Positions 12,940 through 25,830 of a stretch of DNA of 64,000 bases are shown here, in pieces. Made by a program: the position numbers and the translations under genes. The first letter of the stretch is position 1; every line of letters begins with the position of its first letter. The notes below the pieces were generated by a model that saw only the letters and a list, made by a program, of their open reading frames with translations, had not been told where the DNA came from and made no database searches. The stretch comes from Octopus vulgaris (Eukaryota): contig OX597815.1 of assembly GCA_951406725.2 (NCBI GenBank), forward strand, positions 25,296,001 through 25,360,000, read 5' to 3'.

Positions 12940-14220
12940 CTTGTTTTATTTCTATTCCCGAGCGCCATACTAATACAATTGCTTGTTTGTACTCCACCTG
13001 CCTTCGTCTTTTGTTTATTTTCGTAAGCTTCCCATTCTAATTTTTATCACTGACACAACTGCAATGTAATATTGGAACTTCTTGTTTTTTTTTATTTTTT
13101 ATTAACCTTGAGGAAATGCAAGACAGTAGTGGAATTCCAATCCAGTTCTCTTTCCAAAAACAACTGTTGTTTCCTTTTACTTTAATTTCTGTTCTCTTTT
13201 TATTTTTTCCATTCCTTCCTGTCTTCCATCCCTCTCTTATCACCTTTTGTTTTATTCATATTTTTCTTCTTGCTTTCCTTTATTTTATTGTCTTATTTCC
13301 TTGAGCTCTTTCCATTTCCCTCCCTCCTTCCTCCTCTCTCTCTCTCTCTCTCAAAAAAGGAAAAACGTGAAAGTGTTTGATTTTTGCGGTTTTATTACTA
13401 AAATGTTAAGGCAGGCTAATGAAAAAAAAAATCTACCCAGTTGTTCCCCCTACTAAAAGTAGTCACCAAATTTAGATTAAATTAATTGAAATCAAATTAA
13501 AACCAAAGAAAATACAGGAAGAGATGATAAAAGAAAATTAAGACAGTGAATGTGTAAAGTCTTCTAGCTCTATCATTTCATGTATCAATATTCATCTGAT
13601 TTGAGATCAGAGATAACCAGAATCGATAAAGCACCAAGCAATGTTTTGGAATTCGTAGTTGTGTCCCCTGATTTCTCTGCACACTTAGTTGAAGTTGGAG
13701 TTGGCGTTCTATGAAATGGGGTATCAGTAAATATAACCAAACATTATGAATCAATATTAATTTGATTTACTTAAAGCAACATTTCAACTTTATTAAGATA
13801 TATTATTTAATTCATATTTACGACAAGTGAATATATTAATTCAAGATTCAAATACATTATCATTGATGTACTGAATCAGAATGAGATATTTTGCTTTGCA
13901 GTAAATAATATCTAATGTCCAGAGTTCCATTACTAAATATATTTTTGCTAAAAATAGTAACCAAACCTACATGACACAATGAAGATCACTGTGTATAATG
14001 TAGACCTAGATGCCCTTAAAAAGACAGATGGTTGTAGCTAGAACGCCTTCAGTCATACTTTAATTTGAGCCTAAACAATATAAAATGAAGTTATATTATC
14101 TACAATGAACTAAGCTTTTAATAAGTAAAGGCATGTCTTAATGGTTGACCTGCTTTCCTAGGTGACAGGTATTGGTTCAATAGCCTAGGGAAGCTGCTAC
14201 AATTTCACCTTCAAATTGTA

Positions 14221-14784
14221 TTGGGTTGTCCAGAAAGTTTGTGACGATTTATAGTAGCTTACTCTTCGACCTATTTTAGAACATGTTTGAGTCCATAAAA
14301 TAGGATTTGACTACACCTCCATTTAGAGCACAGTTTAAGCTATCTTTTCGTGGAAGAAGGTTTATGTCCATATAACCTTGTTAATTCCGTAACACTTTAA
14401 AATGGAAGATAAGAAAGTTAATTTTCAGCACTTGATGCTTTGGGAACCAGACAAAAATTGCTGCAGCTCGGCTGGGATGTGTTACTCCACCCTCTATATC
14501 ACCAGATATTGCTCCTTCGGATTTCCACTTATTCAGGTCTCTGCAGAATAGTATTAATGATAAAAATGTTATTTCCTTGGATGACATAAAAAGGTACCTT
14601 GATGAATTCTTTGCCATGAAACCACCTCAATTCAGGGAAGAGGGTATTTTCAAGTTAAAGGAAAGATGGAGACGCATTGTGCAACAAAATGGTTCATATT
14701 TGGTTGATTAAAAATGTAATGGCAAGTATTTATTGACCTTTTTCTTTCCTTCAAAAATCGGCACGAACTTCCCGGACAACCTAA
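14221..14784 (+). mobile_element. Internally deleted mariner transposon
   Basis: TIRs TTGGGTTGTCCAGAAAGTTTGTG / CACGAACTTCCCGGACAACCTAA, TA TSDs; remnant WDVLLHPLYSPDIAPSDFHLFRSLQ..ERWRRIVQQNGSY. Confidence 0.9.
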
Positions 14785-16534
14785 TATTAACATACAAATG
14801 CATAATACATATGTATATACATCATTCTCATCATAAGTTGATGTCCATTTTCTATTCTAGCATGGATTAGATGGTTTAACAAGATCTTGTAGGTCCAACA
14901 ACTGCATCACACTCCATTGTCTACTTTGACATGGTCTATATAGCTGGATGCCCTTCATTATACCGACCACTTTGCAGTGTACTGGGTGCAATTTTAATGC
15001 CACCAGCACTAGAGAGGCTTCCATGCATCTTGCAAGACTAAGACACCCAAAAGTGGAGGCATTATGCTTGGAGATGAGGGGTAAAAAAGATGAGAGAAGG
15101 AGCCAGGGGAAAAGAGGTTTCTTACTGTAGAGGTGTGACATGACTATTCCCATTTTAGAAGAGAGAGGTGGATGATCGGGTTGGAGCCGTGAAGAGATAA
15201 AAATTGTGACAATGAGGTCTTAGGGTGGAACCACAATATATAAGGTAAGTAGAAGTGAGTGAAGACTGCAGAACTGGGAGTGTGGTTGGGTAGATGTTGC
15301 AAGAGTGTATGAGAGAATGAGACAGGAATTGGTTGAGTGGGTGAATATAATGAATGAAGAACAAGTGTTAAAGGGTAGATGTAGTGAATAAGACATAAAA
15401 GATGACCAATGATGTATAGGAGTGATGAGCAACAGTATAGTATTACTGGTACAGTAGAATGTTGAGAGAGTGAGAGGATGTATGATTGGGTAGGTGTTTT
15501 GTTGACTTTACCACCACTTGATTCTAGGTTTACCTTCCATGCCTGGAATTTCCACTCTAATACCCCAATAGATTCAGTTGAGAACTGAAGTCATTAGCAT
15601 ATAAGAGCAGCCAGTCTTAAACTTCTCTGTGATGGCCTCTAGGACTATGATGACTAAGAGAGAATTGAGGACTACACCTTGGACTCCTACCCTCACACTA
15701 AATTCATCACTGAAATTATTGTTGACTCACTTTACTTAATGTGTCTTTGCACATAGCTTGCTCAACACTTACAAGTCATTCATCTCCACTTAGTTTTCTT
15801 AGTGACCGTCAAATTACTGAATGTGGTACTCTGCCAAATGCCTTTTCCAAGTCAATGAATGCCAGGAATAGTGGTTTACTTTTAACCAAGTACTTCTCCT
15901 GCAGTTACTAAACTGCATCTCAATGGAACAATTGTGTTGTAATTCTTTGTGACCTTTATAACCTCATACAATTAGCTTGATTCCTCCATAATTTCTTCTC
16001 TCTAAGGCACTTCAGTTGCCTTTGTAACTTCTGCCACAAAAAGGTGGTATGTTTATTATAAAAAAAATAATAAGTATTCCTAATTTCATTAACATCACCA
16101 GTTTTATGGGATTTTGCTATGACTTATTACTGTTGACAACAGGGTACTGATATAGGAGAAGGAAGATAGGGTGGCAGTATTTCATATATGGACACACTGT
16201 CACAGAGGATGAGGAGCAGGGTTTAGGCTTTTTACTTATCTGGAGAGGAAAGTATAATTGGTAAAGGCAGAATTGGGTGGGTGCATCATGACAAAAAGAG
16301 CTCCAAACTTTCATCAAAAAAGAGAACAAGAACATATTAAAGAGGAGTTAAAAAAAGGCAGTTTTAACACATTAGAATGTAAAGCAGGGAATGAATGTGG
16401 TACAATTAGACAAGAAAACAGAAATTTGGTGCTTATCTTAGCATATTTTGATTTATTGTAAATATTTGCCTGATAGGAGTGGAGTGAAGTGGCTGAAGTG
16501 ATAAATACCTACTTAACTGACACTGGTTATGAGT

Positions 16535-16790
16535 GTTTCAGTTGATCCAATCAATGGAATAGCCTACTTGTGAAATTAATGTGCAAGTGACTGAGCACCC
16601 CACAAACATGTGCGCCATTAACGTAATTCTCAGGGAGATACATAATGTAACAAGGATGGCCATTTGAATTACAGCTGAGAGAAGTGGAACAATATGAAAT
16701 AAAGTGTCTTGTTCAAAGACACAGTGGGCTGCCAGGAATAAAACAACCATACGATCATGAGCTGAGTACCCTTACCACAAAGCCACGTGC
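16535..16790 (-). mobile_element. Decayed Ceph-type SINE
   Basis: Diverged match to 9450-9600 (GTGAAATTAATGTGCAAGTGACTGAGCAC). Confidence 0.55.
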
Positions 16791-17924
16791 TTTCACATCT
16801 ACCAACTTAACTATGCACGCCACACACACATTGTGGAAGTCAATTTGTGATGAAGTAAGATCACTTCCTAAACTCAGTAAGTCCGTGCAAATGTTCCAAG
16901 AGTTCAAAACGTTTTTGTGCATGGATTTGTTTTGAATGGATAAAGAGTTACACACCACTGAACCCACTTTTCAGTGCAATCAGCTGCAACAACAGTGGAA
17001 GAGATGACTAGAAACCAATGACGCTTCAGTCTTTTTTTATATGAGTTTATCTTCTAGAAATAAGTTTTAATGAGAAATAGAGGTCTTTCACTCACGTTGG
17101 TTCACATAGCTGGGACCCTAACAAGTGCTACTTCTCTGAGTCAAAGTAGACCTGGAAATAACACACACACCCTTGTTAGTCATTAAATCTAGATCAGAAT
17201 ATTTGTTGTCAAAAATGGTGGTAATATCAGAAAAATGAAATCTCTTGAGCATAATTCTCTTAAAGCTGTGTATATGTGAATAACTATTGTACATTTGTTG
17301 TGCTCATTCTTTTATCACAGGTAAAAAAAATTAAAAAAACAATTACACAATATTAGATTTTTGTGCACTTTGAAAACCTGAAATTGAAGGGAAAATTGCT
17401 TTTTGTTTTGTTTAGAATAAACCTTTTACTTGTTTCAGCCATTAAACTGAGGCTATATTGGGGCACTGCTTTCAAACTTTACCAGTGTTGATCATAAAAA
17501 AACATTTACTGTAAACTCAGTATTGTGGAAATCATATGATTATAGATTTTTATGAAAAAATAAATAAAGAGTACAGCACTTGAATAAATATAGTGTATAC
17601 ATGCACACACACACACAAACACGACTGTGTGTAAACAGAGTTTTAAAGCATATAACTTTATTTTTAGCTTCACTTAAAATAAATACCATGTTTAAATTAT
17701 TCAGCTCTGAACAATTCGGAAGGAAGGAGTCAGTTCACTTAAATTTTTAGCTTTTGTTTAGGCCTTATCAAAAACTACTTGCTTCCTTCTAGTTGTTTAC
17801 AGAATGTTGTGATACTATGAAAAATGTAAACCAAATCAAGCTGGGATATGACTTTGTTTACATTACAACACAAAATTGTCAATGTGCATTGATTAACTGG
17901 GACATCATGACAGTTTGTTTGAGA

Positions 17925-18235
17925 GGCATACCTGTGTGGTAAAGAAACCTGCTTTATAACAACATGCTTTGAGTAAGTGTCTTCTACAAAAGTCCTGGGA
18001 CAGGTCAATGTCTTGAGAGAGAACTTGTTAGACAGAAGCCCTGTATAAGCTTGTGTGTGTGTGTTTGCCTCCCTTATTTCTTGACAACCAGTGTTGGTGT
18101 GTTTAAATCCCCATAACTTGGTAGTTTGGTACAAGAAAGTAGTAGATTAAGTACCATAGAAATAAGTACTCAGATCGATCTTGCAAGTAAACACTTCAAG
18201 GCATGGCCACAGTCAAGTGATTGAAATGAAAGATT
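17925..18235 (+). mobile_element. Decayed copy of the abundant tRNA-derived SINE
   Basis: CTGTGTGGTAAAG..AAGTGTCTTCTAC..CTTGACAACCAG..GCATGGCCACAGTC. Confidence 0.6.
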
Positions 18236-18487
18236 AAGTTAAAACTATGTCTATGCCTTTGCAAATCTGTGTAATATTTTCTAACCTAAGAAACCTATCA
18301 CTGTTTAAACCAGTATAAATTTTGCTTGTAGATGATAGCTGAAACAGCATGTGACTTAAAAGTTCTTACTGACATTAATGTTACTGTATTTAATATGAAT
18401 TTATTTATTTACAAATGTGTGGAAAGCTCCCAAATATTCTTGATTGAGCTTTAAGTTGAGGCGTTTCTGCTAAGGCATATAGACACA

Positions 18488-18880
18488 TCTCTATATATAT
18501 AGAGCTGAAGTTGTCTGTGTATGGCAGGTTTGGTAAGCCTTCAACTAACACTATCTCCTCCGAGACCCTGCACCGCAAGTTGACCAAAATTGAGAGTATT
18601 ATAGAAGAAGGCTTGCTCTTCCTTCCGTAGAAGAAAAAATTCAAATCAGACCATGTTAACACCAAAAATTATTTACATAAAAAAGGTGCTTTTTTTCTAT
18701 GAAAATCCCTATTTTTTACGATTTTTTTACTGCTGTGTCACCATTTTTCGGTGTATTTCAACCAGATAAATGTTCGCTTAAAGAGAATAACAAGCTACAT
18801 AATGCAAAATTTTTACTTTTCAAAAATTCCAATTCTAAAGAGTCGAAACAAACCTGAGCAACACCGGGTGATATGGCTAG
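18488..18880 (+). mobile_element. Non-autonomous Helitron
   Basis: A|TC 5' end, subterminal hairpin CCTGAGCAACACCGGG, CTAG|T 3' end, no TSD. Confidence 0.75.
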
Positions 18881-19870
18881 TAAATTATAAAATCATATGG
18901 AGTATCTGTCCTGGCATGTGTGAATAATTCAATGTATTTCATATCCTTTAGCAATAGTCATAAGAGAGTATGAATAACTATTTGCTATATCTCCAACTTC
19001 TTAGCAATACTCAATTTAACTAAGCCAACCTTAGATATCCCATAGGCATTAGTGTCATGTATTAAGTGAAATTGTTTCAATAGGGTCAGGGAATTTTTCT
19101 TTGCATATGTTCTAAAGTGAATCATCATCACCATCAACAACAACAATTCATGGTTGTTCTGGTGTATCTGCTACATGCGAGCCCTGTTTTTGATTCCATG
19201 ACACCTCGTGTATCTATTGCTTATATTGATCATGCAATATTTGGTAGGCAATCAGATGGTTGACCAGTTTCTTAAAGATATTGTTACCTATACTGGTCAG
19301 GGCATATGCATAGTATCATATGAGCTTTGATCTATCCTTAATCCATGCATCATTTTGATAGCCGCTATATAGTTAGTATTCTAGAGAAACTATCATGGTG
19401 TTGCCGAAAGTCTCCATTAAAATTCCCAATGATGATTAACACAACAAAAAAAAATTGTTATTTAAATTAACCCCAAAAACATATTATTAACAAAAGGGTA
19501 TGCTATTAAAATAAAATCATAAATGTCCAAGCTAAAAAGCCCCCCTCCCTCGTCTCCATCATTTCCAAGACTGTGGTGAAAAAAACTGGAAAAATCCCTG
19601 TCAAAACGGAGAAGTCCAACTTACGTGAGCATCCTGATCCGAAACACTGCCAATGTTTCAATTTGCTGAGTTAATTTTAGAAGACTTGCAGTATCGAGAT
19701 AAGACCCTTTCGATTTGGAATTCAAATTCTGCCGTGATCAGTTCTACTGTTCACCCTTTCGATATATAATAAAATAGAAGTCGTGTACTAGAGCCGATTT
19801 AAACGACGACATTGTATCCTTTCAGTATGACCTGGCCTTGTTCAAATACTAAGAACCAGTTTTTTGTTAG

Positions 19871-20249
19871 TTTACTCTTTTACTTGTTTCAGTCATTTGA
19901 CTGTGGCCCATGCTGTAGCACCACCTTTAGTCGAGCAAATCAACCCCAGGACTTATTCTTTGTAAGCCTAGTACTTATTCTATCGATCTCTTTTGCCGAA
20001 CTGCTAAGTTACGGGGACATAAACACACCAGCATCGTTGTCAAGCGATGTTGGGGGGACAAACACAAACATATACACACACACACATACATATATATACA
20101 TATACGACAGGCTTCTTTCAGTTTCAATCTACCAAATCTACTTACAAGGTTTTGGTCGGCCTGAGGCTATAGTAGAAGACAACTTGCCCAAGGCGCCACG
20201 TATGTAGTTGGTAAGCAAGCTACTTACCACAAAGCTACTCCTGCGCCTA
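19871..20249 (-). mobile_element. tRNA-derived SINE (abundant family)
   Basis: Reverse complement of the 779-1180 family; head abuts the tRNA-Arg terminator. Confidence 0.85.
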
Positions 20250-20250
20250 T

Positions 20251-20260
20251 AAAAAAAAAA
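20251..20260 (-). terminator. Pol III terminator (T10) of the tRNA-Arg gene
   Basis: A10 on + is T10 on -, 3 nt downstream of the tRNA 3' end. Confidence 0.8.
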
Positions 20261-20263
20261 TTT

Positions 20264-20336
20264 CGAGCTTGCCAGGATTCGAACCTGGAATCTTCTGATC
20301 CGTAGTCAGACGCGTTATCCATTGCGCCACAAGCCC
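20264..20336 (-). tRNA. trnR-ACG: tRNA-Arg, anticodon ACG
   Basis: GGGCTTGTGGCGCAATGGATAACGCGTCTGACTACGGATCAGAAGATTCCAGGTTCGAATCCTGGCAAGCTCG: 73 nt, full cloverleaf (acceptor GGGCTTG/CAAGCTC, anticodon stem TCTGA/TCAGA, T stem CCAGG/CCTGG), intact A and B boxes. Confidence 0.97.
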
Positions 20337-20766
20337 GCTGATAGCTTGTTTGTTTTTCAGTTCACTATATCTGAAATTTTTATATCTTATATATAACGAT
20401 TGATGTTTTCTTTGCTGAACAAATGAAATTTTATGTCTTATTTAGCTGTCTACGTCGGTGGAAATAGACGTGATATACTTATGCGCTAATGTTTTAATTA
20501 TATACAGCGTCGAAATCTCATTAAACGTTATTCAAAGAAACGCTAACTTCTCAGAGAATTTTGCTCGTTTATTTTCTTACATGACATTCTTTTTATAAAT
20601 GATGGTTGTTTAAAGGAATTAGAAGCATAGCTTTACGGTTTTTGTATCTCCCACAGCGCAATGACTGAGCAGAGGAATACCACTGAAGAGTGATATATTT
20701 TCCAAATTTTTATTAAAAAAAAAAAAGAAATCTAATGCCTTGATCAACATTAAAATTTTGTATTTA

Positions 20767-22005
20767 ATGTCGAACATGAAGAAAAATTTTAGAATTGCAA
20801 TTGAAGAAAAGGATGAAGTTGCTATAATGAATATATTAGCAAATGGAGTTGATCCAAACGCAAACATGCCTGGAGAAAAGTTCCCACCTATTCATTACAG
20901 TGCAGGACTACATGAATCCATTACTCGTTTGTTGCTCGATCATGGAGCAGACCCGAACACAAAAACTATTGATGGGCTTACGCCTTTACATATAGCGGCT
21001 TCCTGGGGTCAATTAAACATTGTTAAATTGTTACTAGAAAACGGAGCTAACGTAGCGAATCGAGACGATGATGGAAATACCCCAATGGATTTGGCTAAAG
21101 ATTACAAACATTCTGACTGTATGAAAGTTCTTAGACGTTGTTTATCAAAGGCCGAACACCCCTTATCAAGTAAAGGAAACTATAGCCATAGGAACAAACC
21201 AACCTATTTGAATAAAGCTAGGAGCACGAAGGCATTTAATCTGTCTCGTCCGAAAATGTCTAACATGTATAATTTGAAGACGACTTTCTTGATGACACCG
21301 GAAAACATTTCTTCTCGCATCAAAATTACCCTGAAAAACAGAGATTTCGAGAAAAGCTACGATGTTAACTTAGTTCCGCGCGATTCACAAAATTATTCGG
21401 CTTTTAGTAAAGATTTCAATTCACGTAAAAATAGGAATAGAAACACTCGTACTGAGCACTCTGGTTCGAAAAGGACTTCACATCATCGAACTTCGCAAGG
21501 TATTTCTTCATTTATGAATAATAATTCGAACGATAAACACGTCCAGGCCGTCAATACAGCCGAAAATTATTATTCTTGCGACGAATACTCAGAAACACAG
21601 ACGTGTGAAACGTTAACTCAGATGGGCAACAACTTAAAAGAAAATGGCGAACTTCGCAAGAAGACTCAGTTCCGAGACGACACCTCCGACATTAGCGCAG
21701 AGAAGAGTACCTCATCTGATTCATCTCATAGTGCATTAGACATTGATCCTGATTATGCTGATCATGTATCAGAGAAACAGTCCGATTGTTCTTGTGAACG
21801 AAGTAACAGTTCCGACGACGACGATGAAATATCGTGCGACGAAGGCTCAGTAGATAACTCGGAAACGTCCACACAAGATGTGACGCAGGATACTGCAGCA
21901 CGGGATTTACCGTCATATACGAGGAAAAAATGGTTAAAAAGAGCTCAAAAATATGTACAAGTTAAAGTCATGAGCTGTATTCGACAAAATAAATACACCC
22001 CGTAA
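20767..22005 (+). CDS. Ankyrin-repeat protein, ANKLE1/LEM-3-like N-terminus followed by a disordered Ser/Asn/Asp-rich region (412 aa from the first ATG)
   Basis: Uninterrupted ORF; ankyrin motifs GVDPN..PPIHYSAG, LLLDHGADPNTKTIDGLTPLHIAASWG, LLLENGAN..RDDDGNTPMDLA resemble ANKLE1 (GDPNARSVEALTPLHVAAAWG); AATAAA at 22018-22023; CpG-retaining sequence. Confidence 0.85.
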   Translation: MSNMKKNFRIAIEEKDEVAIMNILANGVDPNANMPGEKFPPIHYSAGLHESITRLLLDHGADPNTKTIDGLTPLHIAASWGQLNIVKLLLENGANVANRDDDGNTPMDLAKDYKHSDCMKVLRRCLSKAEHPLSSKGNYSHRNKPTYLNKARSTKAFNLSRPKMSNMYNLKTTFLMTPENISSRIKITLKNRDFEKSYDVNLVPRDSQNYSAFSKDFNSRKNRNRNTRTEHSGSKRTSHHRTSQGISSFMNNNSNDKHVQAVNTAENYYSCDEYSETQTCETLTQMGNNLKENGELRKKTQFRDDTSDISAEKSTSSDSSHSALDIDPDYADHVSEKQSDCSCERSNSSDDDDEISCDEGSVDNSETSTQDVTQDTAARDLPSYTRKKWLKRAQKYVQVKVMSCIRQNKYTP

Positions 22006-22270
22006 ACAACCGATTGAAATAAAACAAAAGGTGATGAGTTATATATATATCCTTCCCGCGGGTTTTCTCTTTCGCATTTTCATTTTCTTTAATCAGATGA
22101 TGTTAGTATCAATATATTTTTTACATAATCACAACCGGTACCGGATTTACCTATAGGCTTGGCAGGCAAAAGCCTAGGGTTTTTAAATCTAGAGATCATC
22201 TGACTATGGTGCATATTATTTTTGAGTCAAAGATCCGTCAAATGTCTACTTCACAAGTCTTTGGTAAGAG

Positions 22271-22727
22271 AACTCTTTTACTTGTTTCAGTCATTTGACT
22301 GTGGCCATGCTGGAGCACCGCCTTTAGTCGAGCAAATCGACCCCAGGACTTATTCTTTGTAAGCCTAGTACTTATTCTATCGATCTCTTTTGCCGAACCG
22401 CTAAGTTACGGGGACGCAAACACACCAGCATCAGTTGTCAAGCGATGTTGGAGGGACAAACACAGACTCACAAACATACACATACCTACATATATATAAT
22501 AAACCTTTACATAAATAAATAACGTGAAATACACGAAGGGACGAACATATATATATTTATATATATACGACGGGCTTCTTTCAGTTTCCGTCTACCAAAT
22601 CCACTCAATAGGCTTTGGTCGGCCCGAGGCTATAGTAGAAGACACTTGCCCAAGGTACCACGCAGTGGGACTGAACCCGGAACCATGTGGTTGGTAAGCA
22701 AGCTACTTACCACACAGCCACTCCTAC
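22271..22727 (-). mobile_element. tRNA-derived SINE with a ~50-bp foreign fragment in its (TA)n tract
   Basis: Full-length match to the 779-1180 family; extra sequence at ~22498-22547. Confidence 0.85.
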
Positions 22728-22772
22728 GAAATGATTTCAACACTTATGAGAAATCTACACTCGATTCGGTCA

Positions 22773-23546
22773 AACTAAAGTGTTTGACCCGAGCAAAAAA
22801 AGACATAGTGCAATAGGTGTACAACAACATGTAGTAAACGAATATGAAAAAAAAATTGCGCGCTGGCGAACGGGGGAGCGGACTCGGAAAATTCACATCG
22901 GGAATGTTCTGAGACCTCTCACCACTTCCCCGTTCGTCGGCGAAATTTTTTTATTTTCATATTCGTTTAGTACATTTTGGTTTTTTTATATTCGTTTTTA
23001 TATTTTTTGTATTCGTTTACTATATGTTGTACACCTATTACACAATTTAAAAGAATTTTTGGCGATCTTTCGTCTCTAGTAGACCTTTCCGTCGATTTCC
23101 GTAAAAAAATATTTTTTTTTACATATGGGCTTGCGGGAACTTTTGAAGTAATATACATACATATACACATACACCGAGTAAAAAATTTCAGTTATCTCTT
23201 TCTTTCACACATTACTCTGTCTCTTCACACACACTAACAGAAGCACTTCACTTACACAACCCCCTGTCTGTCTCCCACCCACCCCCATCAAACACACACA
23301 CACACACGCACACACACACACGCATACACACACACATGTCCATCAATGCTCCCATGCACGGTAACTTCAAAAGAACTTCCCTCGTCATAAAATCGCTTTC
23401 TCTTAGTCTCTTTCGCTCTCATTACTTCAAAAGTTCCCGCAAGCCCATATGTAAAAAAAAAAATTTTTTTACGGAAATCGACGGAAAGGTCTACTAGAGA
23501 CGAAAGATTGCCGAATTTTCTTTTGCTCGGGTCAAACACTTCAGTT
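22773..23546. mobile_element. MITE with long TIRs; a second MITE (~22806-23045) is nested in its left TIR
   Basis: AACTAAAGTGTTTGACCCGAGCAAAA / TTTTGCTCGGGTCAAACACTTCAGTT; 23051-23151 is inverted to 23421-23520; inner TIR TGCAATAGGTGTACAACA / TGTTGTACACCTATTACA. Confidence 0.75.
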
Positions 23547-23780
23547 TAACCCTCGATTTAACATAGATGTATTTTCGGAAAAGGATGCAATAACACTCTG
23601 TAAAGCCAATTTTGTTTTTCTAAATCTCTTCCATGTTTCATAGTGCTTTTCTTCTCCCGATTTCAAAAATACCCTTAGATTTTGCTTCTCATCGATAACA
23701 CTGGTCAACAACAAAGAATTTTTGAAATGTTGCCGAGACACCAAATATCTTTTTTTTTTTTTTAGCTAATTTGAGGGCGC

Positions 23781-24457
23781 TAACACCCGCTCAATTTTCA
23801 CTAAGAAAAAAAGAAAACCCTCGGATTTTTTGCATGGAATCAAGTACCCTCACCTCCTAATATACTTCAAATCCCTTATTTTGGTTCGGAAAAGTGGGGG
23901 GCGGGTCAAGGGGGAACCATCCTCCCCCAGGTTGCGGATTCATTGGAAATTTTTTTTTTTCGTTGGATGAATTCCTGTGACATCCTAATATGCTACACAA
24001 CCCTTTTTGGGGTCCGAAAAACGGAGTGGAGTGAGGTAGAAGCCTCGGGAATTTCACCCACCCCACCCCACCCACCCCATTGATCTTTTCAGGGTTAGGG
24101 AAATCCGTTCCGGATTCATTGGAATTTTCTTTTCCTGGGTGAAAAGATCAGTGGAGTATGGGTGAATGAAATTTCCGAGGCTTACACCTCACCGCACTCC
24201 GTTTTTCGGACCCCACCAAAAGGATTTTGTAGCATATTAGGATGTCATAGGAATTCATTCAGCGAAAAAAAAATTCCAATGAATCCGGGACCGGATGGGG
24301 ATCCGACTTTGGCTCCCCACCCCACCCCGCACGCACACACACTTTCCGAACCAAAATAAGGGATTTGCAGGATATTAGGAGGTCAGGATACTTGATTCCA
24401 CGCAAAAAATCCGAGTTTTTTTTTTTTTTTTTCTTAGTGAAAATCGTGCGGGTGTTA
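23781..24457. mobile_element. Fold-back (near-palindromic) MITE
   Basis: TAACACCCGC..TTTTCACTAAGAAAA / TTTTCTTAGTGAAAA..GCGGGTGTTA; arms stay complementary for ~300 bp. Confidence 0.8.
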
Positions 24458-24639
24458 TTCTGAAAGATTACCCAAATATTGGTCTGGTTATTAAGAAATA
24501 CTATTTTTGCAATAACAATCAGACCCTAAGTCTTTAAAAATAACACGATTGTATATGCCAAGACCAACAAGTATTTTCATCAAATCATTAAATAAACTAA
24601 CAGCAGAAATAAAACCTTCGTGAACATAAGAACTATGGT

Positions 24640-25170
24640 AAAAATGTTCTCTTTCTTAGCCATCATTCGTTTGTCCCACCGTCCCTGGTAGCGCTCCTCC
24701 GTTGTTGTTTTTTATCATCATGACAGTGTCCCATCTTCCTTGGTATCTCTTCTCCATTGCAGTATTGTCCTGATGGGGTCGCTCACCATGCTCCTTGCTG
24801 ACATGACCTAAGTTTTCAGTAAAGAAGTCTAAATGTGAATGCAGAAAATACATCTTTAAGAACATTCGACACCCTAGATTCCTAAAACTCTCAATAAGCT
24901 TTGCCACCAATGCTTGTAGTTGGGATCTTTGTTATTATCAAGGAAACCATGAACTATGCCACGATATGCACATCATGCCTTGTATCGACATCACTCATTG
25001 CATTTTCAAATCTCTCTGACATTGTCCTTATTTGCGGTCTACTAAATTTAGCCCTTAACCTTTGCTGCAAATAGCTTTCGAAAGACTAAACGAATCTCTT
25101 GGAAGGGTTCACCACCATGATCTAAGGCCTTCAGAACGTTTTTACCAAACCCAGTTTTATGTGAAGCGGA
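24640..25170 (-). mobile_element. Chapaev3-type (CMC) transposase remnant, C-terminal part
   Basis: LGCRMFLKMYFLHSHLDFFTENLGHVSKEHGERPHQD..MEKRYQGRW. Confidence 0.75.
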
Positions 25171-25308
25171 GGTAACAAAACTTCCGGGATTTAGCGCGCC
25201 AGAACTGAGACATTTGAAAGTAACCCCATTGTAATCGGTAGAACTATACACACGTCTAATTTAATGACAACTAGTGTATAGTTCTACAAATTATATTGAA
25301 TTGGAACG

Positions 25309-25375
25309 ATCGTACTGAAGAGTCCACGAACGAAGATTACAAGTAAATTCGTTGATGGTGAAATCGGTCTACGAT
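25309..25375 (+). ncRNA. Type-I hammerhead ribozyme motif (family 2) in a ~350-bp element ending at (TA)n
   Basis: ATCGTA-CTGAAGA-GTC..GGT-GAAAT-CG-GTC-TACGAT; perfect 6-bp stem I; host element ~25180-25535 is homologous to 41259-41610 (inverted). Confidence 0.65.
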
Positions 25376-25532
25376 TAATTCTTTATTTTGTATATTTTCA
25401 TCTGTCTTAATCGCTTATGTTCTGGTGTTTGCTGAATTTCTTTAGGGAACATTCTTTTCTTTGTGGTTAGATCGTAGGTGATCTTCTTCTAGCATATTGG
25501 ATGTCCACTTAGTGGTCATCCATATTATACGC

Positions 25533-25598
<66 letters not shown>

Positions 25599-25601
25599 CA
25601 C

Positions 25602-25798
25602 ACTTTTATTTGATTCAGTCATTTGACTGCGGCCATGCTGGAGCACCGCCTTTAGTCGAACAGACCGACCCTAGTACTTATTTTATCGGTCTCTTTTACC
25701 GAACCGCTAGTTTACGGGGACGTAAACACACCCGCATCGGTTGTCAAGCGATGTTGGGGAAGACAAACACAGACACAAAAAAATACACACACACACAT

Positions 25799-25830
<32 letters not shown>

